From an uncultured virus (IMG/VR IMGVR_UViG_3300034157_000062) (taxonomy: Duplodnaviria; Heunggongvirae; Uroviricota; Caudoviricetes), in IMG/VR virus record IMGVR_UViG_3300034157_000062: a stretch of DNA of 33,703 nt; one strand, written 5' to 3'. Below, one piece after another: positions 16,074 to 26,460 of the stretch. Below the pieces are notes generated by a model, which searched no databases, had not been told where the DNA came from, and was given only the letters and a program-made list of their open reading frames with translations. Made by a program: the position numbers and the translations under genes. Positions within the stretch are counted from its first letter, which is position 1; every line of letters begins with the position of its first letter.

Positions 16074-16825
16074 TGAATTAAATACATCTCAGCAATTTTC
16101 CAATCTTCTTCCGACATGCTATCTATTTTTAACTTTTCGGTTTTTAAGTAATTGTACAGTTCCAGTTTGTTAAACTCGTTATCATTATAATAAAATGTGT
16201 TGTGATCAAACTTATAGGTTGATTTATTTTTCTTTGAAACCGCTTTAAATGATACACAATTCAATATGTCTACTAAATAATTAGGTGGCGTATGTTGGAA
16301 GGGGATTGATTTATCTTTAAAAAAACGCCTTATCTTTTTTAGTTCTTTTTCTAATTTTTTGTTAATATTATCAGTATCTTTTATCATGACTAATGTTATT
16401 GCAGGATTCATCATGCATATAAATAGATAAAGAAGGTTCTTAGTGTGTGCTAATCCCATTATTGTTAAAGCAATCATTGGAATAATGATGATAGTTTGAT
16501 GATACGTCATCATAATTTTATTTTCTTGAAAAAGATTGAAAGCCATTAATATTGAAGTCATTGTTGATGTTAAACAAATCACCAAAACCAGCATTATTAA
16601 TTTCCCTACCTTTTCGTAAGTATTATGTTCTATTAGCGTCTTTTTTCGATCTTTTTTATAAATGATTGACATTAAAAAAATCCCAACAATAATACTGTTG
16701 TAAACGATGAAATCACTTAGATTTGTGTTGATGAATTGACTATTAATGATGGTATTGGTAATGATACTCATTATGAATAATAACGAGATATTATATTTGT
16801 ATTTAAAAAAGTTAATAATATTCAT
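16070..16825 (-). CDS. Membrane protein with C-terminal MxxI motif
   Basis: 4-5 TM segments; ends MSEEDWKIAEMYLIH. Confidence 0.8.
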   Translation of the reverse strand: MNIINFFKYKYNISLLFIMSIITNTIINSQFINTNLSDFIVYNSIIVGIFLMSIIYKKDRKKTLIEHNTYEKVGKLIMLVLVICLTSTMTSILMAFNLFQENKIMMTYHQTIIIIPMIALTIMGLAHTKNLLYLFICMMNPAITLVMIKDTDNINKKLEKELKKIRRFFKDKSIPFQHTPPNYLVDILNCVSFKAVSKKNKSTYKFDHNTFYYNDNEFNKLELYNYLKTEKLKIDSMSEEDWKIAEMYLIH

Positions 16826-17048
16826 ATTTTAAGCCCTAAAAGTAGGTCGATTTTACATTTTTTACTATTTTTTGTCAACCATTAAAATGACTGAATTTAG
16901 ACATATAGTCTTCATTTAAATTTGTAAGTTCTCAAAATTGTGTTAAAACAGAGGTAAGAATTTCCGGTATGATATCATAAAGCAATCTTTGTGTCGGAAC
17001 AAATGGATTTCGTGTTCTAATTATTTAATCAATGTTAATTGAAAATAG

Positions 17049-17816
17049 GTGAACAATATGAAAAATATTAAAGCAAATTATATAAAATTTATAAATGGTT
17101 TAACGAAATGGTTTTTTGTTTTGTTCCCTACCATGATTGTCAGTATATTTTTAGGAGCTAACTTGCTTGATTCCTATACGACCAGTAAGTATATTTCTAA
17201 TGAAATGATTAACCGAATCCCTTTCGCATTAGGATTATGTTACATATTAACATTTGTAGTGACTTTCTTTTTATTTGTCATTATTAATCGTTACATAAAA
17301 ATATTTGTATTAATGGATGACAAAAGTGATGATAAACGTCATTATCCACAAATGGTTTACTGTATTTTGGGTGTTTTCTTATTTATTGTTTCCATCCCTA
17401 CCTTTTATATACTTGATCAACAATATGAACTTAAAAACACTCAACTGATTACAAGTGAGTTAGCACGTTTACACGATTCAATCAAAAATAAAAACTGTAT
17501 TAAGACTAGAAATATAGGTTCTATTCATCATTGTATTACGGAAGTTAATAAAATTCCCGGTGAAGTAACTTATGAGAAAGACATTAAGGATAAAGTAACC
17601 AACTTACCTTTGAAGAATATCATTACTTATAATGGTTATTACTATGGTCCGTTTTGTAGATCTTTGATGGATGACTACAGCAATATTGATTTTAAGAAAA
17701 AGTTTTCTAGGATTATCATAAATTCACAAATTATTGATGAGCAAACAATAGATGAAGATATTTGTTTAGGTAATAATGGCGTTATTCCAACAGGAACAAT
17801 AAAATTTGAATTTTAA
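17049..17816 (+). CDS. 3-TM membrane protein, paralog of 11112 and 27252
   Basis: KIPG, ITYNGYYYGPFCRSL, GTIKFEF. Confidence 0.8.
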   Translation: MNNMKNIKANYIKFINGLTKWFFVLFPTMIVSIFLGANLLDSYTTSKYISNEMINRIPFALGLCYILTFVVTFFLFVIINRYIKIFVLMDDKSDDKRHYPQMVYCILGVFLFIVSIPTFYILDQQYELKNTQLITSELARLHDSIKNKNCIKTRNIGSIHHCITEVNKIPGEVTYEKDIKDKVTNLPLKNIITYNGYYYGPFCRSLMDDYSNIDFKKKFSRIIINSQIIDEQTIDEDICLGNNGVIPTGTIKFEF

Positions 17817-17865
17817 CACAGTGTATTTTTAATCAACAAAAATACGGCTTCATGACCGATGTTCG

Positions 17866-17894
17866 TTGACATTCTATGCAAAATTAACTATAAT
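17866..17894 (+). promoter_or_regulatory. Consensus sigma70 promoter
   Basis: TTGACA-17nt-TATAAT. Confidence 0.85.
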
Positions 17895-17922
17895 AGAGGC
17901 ATTAAATATAAGGAGTTTCATT

Positions 17923-18378
17923 ATGGGCGTAAAAACTTACACAAACGAAAAACGAGTTTACTTTGATATGGATGGTGTGTTGGCTGACTTTGAGAAGGAA
18001 GCTATTGACCGTAATATTCCTTTTAACGAACTTAAAGTGAAGATTGATGCTTATCGCCATCTTCCTGTCATGGAAGGTGCAAAAGAAGCTGTTAAGCGTT
18101 TTCTTGAAGCAGGTTATGAGATCTTCATCCTGACCAAAATTCCAACAGCGAACCCTTATGCTGCATCAGAAAAGATTTTCTGGGTTCAAGAACATTTCCC
18201 AGAATTTGCTGATCGTATTATCATTTCACCCGATAAAGGTGCGTTAGGACAAGTAGGTCATATTCTTATTGACGACCATCCAGAATGGGCTAATGCTAAT
18301 TCCTTTGCAGATCATGGTGGTCAAGTCATCAAGTTCTCACGTAACTGGGATTATGTTTTCGCGGAAGCTGGTGTTTAA
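17923..18378 (+). CDS. 5'(3')-deoxyribonucleotidase (NT5C-type HAD)
   Basis: YFDMDGVLADF, EK..W...F, ILIDD; AAGGAG RBS before ATG 17923. Confidence 0.85.
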   Translation: MGVKTYTNEKRVYFDMDGVLADFEKEAIDRNIPFNELKVKIDAYRHLPVMEGAKEAVKRFLEAGYEIFILTKIPTANPYAASEKIFWVQEHFPEFADRIIISPDKGALGQVGHILIDDHPEWANANSFADHGGQVIKFSRNWDYVFAEAGV

Positions 18379-18428
18379 TTAATCAACAAAAGAGCTTATT
18401 CGTAAGTTCTTTTTTATAGGAGTTTTTC

Positions 18429-19253
18429 ATGAAACGTTTAGAATATGATGCTGATACAAAAGAAGAAGTTATCAACTATTTTCAAACTCGTGCCCGACAA
18501 CTATTGCCTGATGGCTTTGTCTGGCAAAAAGATATTACAGAAGCTCCAGGTGGTTTGATCACAACTTTTATAAAAGATAATGAAGTCTTTAAATCTTATT
18601 ATTGCTATGCTTCATCACGAGGGAAAGGTTTTTCTAGCAGTGTTATTGGTTCCATCAACGAACGTATCGTTACGTCTCCTGATTGCCATATTGAAGAATT
18701 TTTGATTGCCAAAAAGAAAGCGTATGTCTTAGGTGCCTTATTTACAGAGACGCTTGAATACAAAGCTATTCAAGATTTCTATGGTGATCAGAAAGCAGAA
18801 CGTAGTCAATGTTATCTCATGAACCATATTGATGAAGGTATTTATATTCTTCACCGTATTGGAGCGACTGAAAGTGCTATGAAAGCGTTTTGTTTACACC
18901 CATTGATACAAAGTGCTAATGATTTAGCTAAAAACTGGGAATACGTTAAAGACAACTTTTCAGCCGAAGTGATTGGTCTTACAATGGAATATCGAAATAT
19001 AGCTAACGCTTATTTGTCGAATAGAACCATTAGTAACATCAGTGAAATAGAACTCAGTCCATTAAAAGAAGTCAATGATATGTTGATAGCTGATAAAATT
19101 CAGAACTATGCTGATTTTATTCTTTATCATTCAAAGACCCATCCGAAGAAAGATAGGCTTGATGAATATTTCAATAACTGGCTTAAACGTTTAGACATTT
19201 CTATCGAGAAATATGACGAAATTGTTGGTGAATTTAAAAGCATAGAAAACTAG
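18429..19253 (+). CDS. Hypothetical protein; possible GNAT-like N-terminus plus degenerate RelA/SpoT-HD-like C-terminus
   Basis: SRGKGF motif; YG.Q.A.RS...MNH, AFCLHP, ADKIQN. Confidence 0.55.
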   Translation: MKRLEYDADTKEEVINYFQTRARQLLPDGFVWQKDITEAPGGLITTFIKDNEVFKSYYCYASSRGKGFSSSVIGSINERIVTSPDCHIEEFLIAKKKAYVLGALFTETLEYKAIQDFYGDQKAERSQCYLMNHIDEGIYILHRIGATESAMKAFCLHPLIQSANDLAKNWEYVKDNFSAEVIGLTMEYRNIANAYLSNRTISNISEIELSPLKEVNDMLIADKIQNYADFILYHSKTHPKKDRLDEYFNNWLKRLDISIEKYDEIVGEFKSIEN

Positions 19254-19312
19254 CTCCCGCTAGTTTTTTTTATACAATATGATATTATGATATTAACTAT
19301 TATTAATTTATC

Positions 19313-20320
19313 ATGATACTTTATAACTTAACCGATGTCAGAAACCAAATAATCAACAGCTTCAAAGGGGCTAGTGATGAAAAAAAACTCGCCGTCAAAA
19401 AAATAAGTGAACTTTATTCTACACGCTATGCCATTGACCAGTTATCAGTAGACAAGGTTTATATGATTATCAGTGAAGATCCTCATTTTACTTTTCACAT
19501 TGATGAAGACCATCTTTCTAAGCTCAACCTTTTCGCTAAAATGAATATGGGAATGGGATTAACCATTGATCTAAGCAATATAAAAGGTGTTGAAGTTGAC
19601 AATTATTACAGCCATAACGTCAAAAACTCTTCTGAATTGAAAGATGCTGTATTAGCCTTTAAACAGCTTGACGAAATTTCTGGCGTTATAAGAGAGATGG
19701 AAGAAGAAAGGGCACGTAAAAAAGCCAAATTAAGTGAGCTTAATACACTCTATGGTGTTGTGGACAACTCAGTTATGAATAAAAAGATTGTTTCCGTTGA
19801 TTTTGAATTTGAACCTAATGACAAGGAGATGTTTCAGTTATCTCAAATTTCTGAAATTGGTTTTACTTTTTATGAAGATGGCGTGACAACTTCTAAACAT
19901 TACCTCATTGAAGAAAATAGAAAGTATAGCAGTAAAGCATTCTTACAAGAACTTTTCTTATTTGGAGAAACAGAGACGATTACCATTGCTGATATTGAGT
20001 CCGTATTGAGAGATACTATCAATGATAATGAAGTAATGATTGTTCATGGTTATTCCACTGAATTACGATTCATGGATGTCAATAATATTGATTATTCAAA
20101 TCTAGAAGTTTATGATACTCAGTTAGTATATAAACAATATTTTGATGAAAAAGAACCCAATCTGAAAAGATTGTCACACATGTTAAAACACTTTGATATT
20201 CCTTACACGTTTCTCCACAATGCTGGGAATGATTCCTATCATACCTTTGGCGTGTTTCAAACTATGATGGAAAACATACCTAAGCCAGAATTGAAGAAAA
20301 AAATATCTTTAAGATTATAA
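19313..20320 (+). CDS. DEDDh 3'-5' exonuclease domain protein (Gfd2/YDR514C-like)
   Basis: SVDFE, VHG, YDTQ, LHNAGND motifs. Confidence 0.8.
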   Translation: MILYNLTDVRNQIINSFKGASDEKKLAVKKISELYSTRYAIDQLSVDKVYMIISEDPHFTFHIDEDHLSKLNLFAKMNMGMGLTIDLSNIKGVEVDNYYSHNVKNSSELKDAVLAFKQLDEISGVIREMEEERARKKAKLSELNTLYGVVDNSVMNKKIVSVDFEFEPNDKEMFQLSQISEIGFTFYEDGVTTSKHYLIEENRKYSSKAFLQELFLFGETETITIADIESVLRDTINDNEVMIVHGYSTELRFMDVNNIDYSNLEVYDTQLVYKQYFDEKEPNLKRLSHMLKHFDIPYTFLHNAGNDSYHTFGVFQTMMENIPKPELKKKISLRL

Positions 20321-20385
20321 AATAGGATATTCACATTTCTATTCAATATGCTATAATAGTAATAAACAATTAACGGACTTATATT

Positions 20386-20823
20386 ATGAAGAAATTATCC
20401 TGCGGGACACTCATAGTTAGGGATCGTATGGGAACAAAAGAACTCTTTATGGCTCATGTTACTGGACAAAAATTCTGGGACATTCCAAAAGGTGGTAAGA
20501 ACCTCCACGAAAACTACGTTGAAGCTGCACTTAGAGAACTAGAAGAAGAATCAGGTTTTAGATGTAACCATCATGAATTATTTGATTTAGGGTTATATGA
20601 ATACACTGAACGCAAAGATCTTTATTTATTCAAGTATGTGGGTGAGAAGTATCTCTGTGATCAACAAGCCATATGCACCAGCACCTTTTTCAGTAAGATT
20701 TATGAAACCCGATTACCAGAAGTAGACGATTTTAAATATGTGCCCTTTGATCATGTGTTATCACATTGCAGTGAAGGCTTTAAAAAAGTGTTTCCACTCC
20801 TATTACAGAAAAGAATTATTTGA
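20386..20823 (+). CDS. Nudix hydrolase
   Basis: PKGG....E....AALRELEEESG Nudix box. Confidence 0.9.
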   Translation: MKKLSCGTLIVRDRMGTKELFMAHVTGQKFWDIPKGGKNLHENYVEAALRELEEESGFRCNHHELFDLGLYEYTERKDLYLFKYVGEKYLCDQQAICTSTFFSKIYETRLPEVDDFKYVPFDHVLSHCSEGFKKVFPLLLQKRII

Positions 20824-20870
20824 TAGTTCTTTTTTTTTGTGCTAAAATCATAGGCTAAGAGGACTTAGCT

Positions 20871-21434
20871 ATGAACGGTAAAATTTATGTGGGTTTAGAC
20901 ATTGATGAGACATTAATCAAGACGAGACAGTATTCGTGCTTAATGGATCGTCCTGATGACGCTGAGTTTTATTTTGCTTGTGGCCCTTTCAAATATGCCC
21001 TATACAAGCGTCCTTTTTTGGATGAATTCCTAACTTACCTCAATGGCAATTATAACGTGTTCTTCTACACAAGAGCTACGCAAGAATATGCTCAACAGAT
21101 TATCACCTTCTTGGGTTACCCCACAACACCACTCTTTCATCGTGAAGATTGTCAGCGTATTGCTGAAGTAGTCCCTTATCAAAAAGAAAGACTAATTTAT
21201 CATAAAAAGAACTTGCAACTTGTTGCTACAAAATTGAATACAGAATTGCGACATATTGTATTCATTGATGATGTAGTGAATGAAAAGGAACTGACACCGA
21301 CTGATATTGTTATCGCTATTCCAGAATATGATGGTAACGCTGATTGTTGTCTGAAGATCGTTCATGACCACTTTATTGAAAGTGAGACGGTCAATCAGCA
21401 AATTCAATACATGAAAACTTTACAATTTCTTTAA
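20871..21434 (+). CDS. FCP1/NIF-type HAD phosphatase
   Basis: LDIDETLI, KRPFLDEFL, FIDD. Confidence 0.85.
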   Translation: MNGKIYVGLDIDETLIKTRQYSCLMDRPDDAEFYFACGPFKYALYKRPFLDEFLTYLNGNYNVFFYTRATQEYAQQIITFLGYPTTPLFHREDCQRIAEVVPYQKERLIYHKKNLQLVATKLNTELRHIVFIDDVVNEKELTPTDIVIAIPEYDGNADCCLKIVHDHFIESETVNQQIQYMKTLQFL

Positions 21435-21495
21435 TCCAGTATTTCAATTTTTCTGGTAAATGTTATTATATACTTATATTAACATGAAATAACCT

Positions 21496-23406
21496 ATGTC
21501 TAACTTAAAAAAGCACCTCGAAAAAATACAAAAAGAAGAAGCCGCTGCAAATTTCGCTAAATGGATAAGAAACGACGCTATCTTGGATGATGATAATGAA
21601 CCAAGGGTTCTATACTCTGGCACACTTTCTGAGTTTGAAAGCTTTGATATTACACAAACCCGTCCAGAAGCTTATTTCGGGCAAGGTTTCTATTTCAGCG
21701 ACAGCCTTGATGATGCGTCCGACAACTATGCGAGACGTGAAGGACCAGACCATGTGGTTAATACTGACAATGAACGCTATAAGCTGAATGATGACCTTGA
21801 AAACTTTTTAGAAATGAACTACAAAGATCAATTAGAAAATCCAGAAGCTTCAGAAATGAACCAAAAAATTAAAAACATCTATGATTTATTAATGGATGGT
21901 GAAGAAATTGATGATGAGTTATTGGATGAATTATTTGAATTTCATGAAAAAGAAAAATTAAAAAGAACACATGATGGATTTGTAATGCCAGTGTTCCTTG
22001 TGGCAAGAAAACTTATGGATGTTGATAATCATACGTTTGAAGCTGAAGAGGATTATGGTGACTTCAACGAACTCATTCAGCACTTCCAAGAAAACTTCTC
22101 AGATATTGCATCTGATTTTAGAATTGAATTAGAATCCTTATTGTCATGTCCTGATGATGAATCAAATCCAGATTTAGAAGAAGTGTTAGGCTTGTTAGAC
22201 AGTGCGATTGAATCCAGTTGTATGGATACAGAAGATGAAGACGATCTAGAAAAAATTGAAGAAATGAAAGCCTATATTGAACAATATTATGAAATAGATG
22301 ATGAACGTTGCTTAACCTATAAACTATCAGGGGAAGGACCAGCATTAAGAGACAATATTATTAGGATATTAGAAAATAATGGCTGTGAATCGGACGCCAA
22401 CCAGTTCAGAGAAGCATTTAATACTCACTTTTCAGAATTAGAAAGCACATTTACTGCTCTTGATTTCATAGAAAATGAAGATATACAAATGGCTCTTTGT
22501 GACAGTTATGTTGAAGTTGATAACATCTACAACATGCATGTGTCAGGATCAAGAGCATTGTTTGCTATGGCAATTCAGGAAATGGGCTATGATACCATAA
22601 AGATGGACCCATCAGAAAGATTTAGAGCCATGAACCATGTTGTTGGAACGACACACTATATTTCATTCAATCCTTTAAACATTAAAAGTGCTATTGGAAA
22701 CAATGGTGAGTATTCATTAACTGATCCTGATATTCTTCACCGTGTGTGTAAAAATGCTCATGACATTAATTTAAAAGAAAGTGTGATAACTTTCACTGAG
22801 GCTTCACATATCATTAGGGATATCGGACTTCACTACAAAAACATGCCAAGGTGTGAAATTCATACGAATTTTGATGATGTTAGTCATTCTATCGTAGGCA
22901 AAGATAAGAATATTGAATCTTGTACAGGTTGGTTTGATACCCATTCTCATTCTATTCATGTTTACTTACCTAATATTATGAACAGAAAAGAACTTGAAAA
23001 GACCATTTGCCATGAGTTGTTTGGTCATTTGTCATTAAGAGATATCATGGGTAATAACTATGAGAGAACCATGAATAAAGTGTATGATTACTATGAGAGT
23101 AAAGGACAGCTTGAAGACGTTAAGTCCACTTATGTTGATCGTTACAATCTTAATTTAAACAACAGAAAAGACAGAGCTATCATTGCCGAAGAAAAAATGG
23201 CCGAAGTTATTGAGCTGCATGGCTTTAAACAATTCCCGTTAAAGAATATTATTATGGGAGCTATTCGAAATAACATCCGTAAAGTGGTTGGTTCTTTAAA
23301 CATTAATGAAAATGACATTACTTACATGATGTATCAATCTCATAAAAATATGTTAGAAATGAATCATAAGAGCCAAAAGAAGAAAGCAAAAATAAAACAT
23401 CATTAA
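21496..23406 (+). CDS. Polyvalent protein: ART-PolyVal-like domain with acidic inserts plus zincin-like metallopeptidase
   Basis: NF.KW....EPRVLYSGT...F..F...GQGFYFS...YA; VMPVFL; GYD; F.P..IKSAIGNNG.Y...DPDI; HELFGH...EE..A. Confidence 0.7.
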   Translation: MSNLKKHLEKIQKEEAAANFAKWIRNDAILDDDNEPRVLYSGTLSEFESFDITQTRPEAYFGQGFYFSDSLDDASDNYARREGPDHVVNTDNERYKLNDDLENFLEMNYKDQLENPEASEMNQKIKNIYDLLMDGEEIDDELLDELFEFHEKEKLKRTHDGFVMPVFLVARKLMDVDNHTFEAEEDYGDFNELIQHFQENFSDIASDFRIELESLLSCPDDESNPDLEEVLGLLDSAIESSCMDTEDEDDLEKIEEMKAYIEQYYEIDDERCLTYKLSGEGPALRDNIIRILENNGCESDANQFREAFNTHFSELESTFTALDFIENEDIQMALCDSYVEVDNIYNMHVSGSRALFAMAIQEMGYDTIKMDPSERFRAMNHVVGTTHYISFNPLNIKSAIGNNGEYSLTDPDILHRVCKNAHDINLKESVITFTEASHIIRDIGLHYKNMPRCEIHTNFDDVSHSIVGKDKNIESCTGWFDTHSHSIHVYLPNIMNRKELEKTICHELFGHLSLRDIMGNNYERTMNKVYDYYESKGQLEDVKSTYVDRYNLNLNNRKDRAIIAEEKMAEVIELHGFKQFPLKNIIMGAIRNNIRKVVGSLNINENDITYMMYQSHKNMLEMNHKSQKKKAKIKHH

Positions 23407-23433
23407 AATATAAGGGGCAGTGCCCCTTATATT
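23407..23433. terminator. 12 bp hairpin, probable terminator
   Basis: AATATAAGGGGC-AGT-GCCCCTTATATT. Confidence 0.7.
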
Positions 23434-23462
23434 CATTAAATATTTAAAAAGAATAATAGTTA

Positions 23463-23492
23463 TTGACACAAAATCCATTGAAGTGTTATAAT
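23463..23492 (+). promoter_or_regulatory. Sigma70 promoter
   Basis: TTGACA-18nt-TATAAT with TGn extension. Confidence 0.75.
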
Positions 23493-23520
23493 ATACAAAA
23501 TAAATTTAAGAGGTAATTCC

Positions 23521-24171
23521 ATGAAAATTGTAGATATGATATCATATGATACAGAGTTAACCACACCCGATGGGACATATGTGAGGTATTCACATGAGTT
23601 GCCAAGTATCGGTTTGGCAATCACTCAAAGTCAGAACCCAGTTTTGTTCATTGTCACCGACCATGAACCTATTGGAAAACCTGAGAAAGCTTTAAAGTTT
23701 TATAAAGATGATCTGGCTTGTGGTGTCTCAATCTTTGATAAAGGCTTAGATTTGGATATTTTCCTTGCGTCTTACATGACACAAGGGCTTTATGCCATTC
23801 TGGATGAGAAACCTGTTGTTTCTGAGATTTTGAGCTATCCTATTGTCCCAGAAAAATATGATTTCATTCTTACTGCCCTTGAAGGTGCTACTAAAATAGA
23901 TTTGGTTCGTCTTGTTGTTGATGATATCGAGGCATTCAATAAACAATTGGTTGAAAAATTAAAAGTCATGTTGTTTAACGATGATGAAGTTAACTCAATG
24001 GCTAATGACGAGATCTCTGATATTGAGATGCAAGTATTGTTGGGCAGTAATGACTTAACTTTTTTTGATATCTGTGATGTTTATGACTGGATTGAAAACA
24101 ACGCCGATTTGGATTTTAGTAATTTTCCACTCAATGTAAAAAGTATTCATCATCAAGAGATAACATTATAA
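23521..24171 (+). CDS. Acidic hypothetical protein
   Basis: 216 aa ORF with GAGG RBS, own promoter and terminator. Confidence 0.75.
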   Translation: MKIVDMISYDTELTTPDGTYVRYSHELPSIGLAITQSQNPVLFIVTDHEPIGKPEKALKFYKDDLACGVSIFDKGLDLDIFLASYMTQGLYAILDEKPVVSEILSYPIVPEKYDFILTALEGATKIDLVRLVVDDIEAFNKQLVEKLKVMLFNDDEVNSMANDEISDIEMQVLLGSNDLTFFDICDVYDWIENNADLDFSNFPLNVKSIHHQEITL

Positions 24172-24194
24172 AAGGACTTAAAAGTCCTTTTTTT
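24170..24194 (+). terminator. Rho-independent terminator
   Basis: AAAAGGACT-TAAA-AGTCCTTTT plus T run. Confidence 0.75.
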
Positions 24195-24340
24195 AATGTA
24201 TCAAAAAATTGACACGAATCAGGAAGACCCTCTAAAATCAATGGTTTCGCCTTGACTAATCCTCTTTTGCATGTAGAATATTAACATAATGTAAATGTTA
24301 TATTTTACAATTTACAATACCCTTAAAAGGAGTTTTAAAT

Positions 24341-25258
24341 ATGGATGAAATTATAAAAGCGTATTCCATAAAAGATATGAGGAAAAAGGTATTCAATAGC
24401 CTATCTGTTAAGAACAGACAAGACATTGCTGATTTCATATCTATTCGCAACTTGTTTGTTGAAATATCAATTAGAAACTATTATGTAGATATTGATAAAA
24501 AGGAATGTTACATACCCTTCATGGACTTTGTGAAGTTGTGTAGTTACATCAATACAAACTATGAAACAAATTACCATATCTCTTCGTTTATTTCTGTTGA
24601 TGTTAACGGAACAGACTTTACTGTTATTCGTTCTGCAGAACATGCTGAATATTTAGACGCTACTTTCCAGTATATGACCAGTCATAGCTCATATAAAAAG
24701 CACTTTTTTGATAGTATGTTTTTAAAAGAATTGAAAATGACCAAGACTGTGACCGCGTTTGACTTTTCTTACGATAAAAACCAAAACATTGTTGATGTCG
24801 GTATTTCATACTTTGATAAGAACATTCAAAAGAACTACCACTTTATTGTGGAAGAAAACATGCCAGAACAATTTTCTGAAAATACTAAATATTTTTCATT
24901 TAATTTTGGTAAAACAGAAGTAAAAAAGCTTAACACAATTAAAGACTTTATTAGTTTGTTTACAAATCAAGCTGATGTTATTTTACTTCATGATAGCACT
25001 AATGACATGAAAGTTCTCGAAACATTAGGCATGGCCGAATTGTTCGCAAGCAAGAAAATCATTGATACTTCATTGTTGCTTTCTGATGTAGAACCCGTTG
25101 TTGAGTCTGGTAAGGTTGTTAACCCTAACGAAAGAGTCAGTTTAAAGAACTTGTTATTGAAGAGTAAGATTTCTTACAGCCAACTTCATAACAGTGGTAA
25201 TGACGCTTTCTATACACTCAAAGCTTTCCTCAAAAACATTAAGAACAAGGCTCTATAA
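24341..25258 (+). CDS. DEDDh-like exonuclease paralog of 19313 (ExoI Glu replaced by Ser)
   Basis: AFDFS, LHD, IDTS, LHNSGND. Confidence 0.75.
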   Translation: MDEIIKAYSIKDMRKKVFNSLSVKNRQDIADFISIRNLFVEISIRNYYVDIDKKECYIPFMDFVKLCSYINTNYETNYHISSFISVDVNGTDFTVIRSAEHAEYLDATFQYMTSHSSYKKHFFDSMFLKELKMTKTVTAFDFSYDKNQNIVDVGISYFDKNIQKNYHFIVEENMPEQFSENTKYFSFNFGKTEVKKLNTIKDFISLFTNQADVILLHDSTNDMKVLETLGMAELFASKKIIDTSLLLSDVEPVVESGKVVNPNERVSLKNLLLKSKISYSQLHNSGNDAFYTLKAFLKNIKNKAL

Positions 25259-25909
25259 TAGAGCCATTTCTAATGTGTTCAATTGATCGTTAAATACATC
25301 ATCTAGAAAATAATTGAAATCAAGGATTTCATTTACCATACTGGATTCAAACATATCAAAATCACCACATATCTTTTTATTCGTAGTTGTCTTCACACTT
25401 AAATCATTGCTTGGACGATGATGGCATGGAATTTCAAGAGTGTCTATTTGTACACTGACATTAGCACTCTGATTACAATAATATGGAATATCAAAAAATA
25501 TAAAACCAAACTTAGTTTTTTCTTGTTTGATAGCAAAATAACTTTTTAATGTAAACAATTCTAAAATAATTTTTTTATTCCTGATTTTGAAACACAGTTC
25601 TGTGTATACATCGCCATCTAATGTTCTTGCTAAATCATCACCTCTTATAGTATTTTCTATTTTAATAAGGGTATTGATTGCATTGATATAATTCTTTGTT
25701 TTTTGAGTCAATTCATCTGTATTATCAGTAAAAAAACGTAGATCATGGATTTTTAATACAATTGAATCATTATCAAATGAAATAAATAAGCCATTTTTCA
25801 CAACATTAAAACTATCAGTCTTTCCATAAATTACTGGATTTTTATTTAATTTTATTTTTCCTGAAATAAATTGTTCAGCAAACTTTTTCATCTCATTTTT
25901 ACTTAACAT
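25253..25909 (-). CDS. Hypothetical protein with C-terminal MxxL motif
   Basis: AGGAG RBS; ends LNTLEMALL. Confidence 0.75.
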   Translation of the reverse strand: MLSKNEMKKFAEQFISGKIKLNKNPVIYGKTDSFNVVKNGLFISFDNDSIVLKIHDLRFFTDNTDELTQKTKNYINAINTLIKIENTIRGDDLARTLDGDVYTELCFKIRNKKIILELFTLKSYFAIKQEKTKFGFIFFDIPYYCNQSANVSVQIDTLEIPCHHRPSNDLSVKTTTNKKICGDFDMFESSMVNEILDFNYFLDDVFNDQLNTLEMALL

Positions 25910-25918
25910 AAGAACTCC

Positions 25919-26446
25919 TTAGATTCTATTCATGTCAGCAAGTTTTATATAGTCAGCGATTGTTCCAATATCACTGCTGTATTCAATACCTGACATAATT
26001 TTAATAAATGTGAATAAATAATTATAAATAACAGCCTCTTTTTTTATAAAACCATCTTTTTCTACTTTCATGACAAACAATTTATCCAGTGATTTTTTTG
26101 ATCTCTCATCAATAGGAATTTGATTAGGAAGTGGTGGCAGCTTATTAAATAATTGATGATGAACCACTAATTCTACGTCATACTTGTTAATTTGTATAAC
26201 GGGATCAGAGAAATCAATATGAAGGTAGCTCACCTTATCTTGCTTTATCAATGTCATAGGTAATACATTGATCAAATTATCAATATGCGTATATGAAAAA
26301 CTATTGATATACTCAATCATTGTCACTATTTCATTAATAGATGCGAATAGATTATCTTCGTAAGATTGTATATCAGAAAGTTTTTCTTTTTTGTGATACC
26401 ATTCTTTTTTATGCCTATTGTAATGTAGGGAAATTTCTTCTTTCAA
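25919..26446 (-). CDS. Hypothetical protein with C-terminal MxxI motif
   Basis: AGGAG RBS, TTG start; ends IKLADMNRI. Confidence 0.7.
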   Translation of the reverse strand: MKEEISLHYNRHKKEWYHKKEKLSDIQSYEDNLFASINEIVTMIEYINSFSYTHIDNLINVLPMTLIKQDKVSYLHIDFSDPVIQINKYDVELVVHHQLFNKLPPLPNQIPIDERSKKSLDKLFVMKVEKDGFIKKEAVIYNYLFTFIKIMSGIEYSSDIGTIADYIKLADMNRI

Positions 26447-26460
26447 TATGCTTGCTCCTA

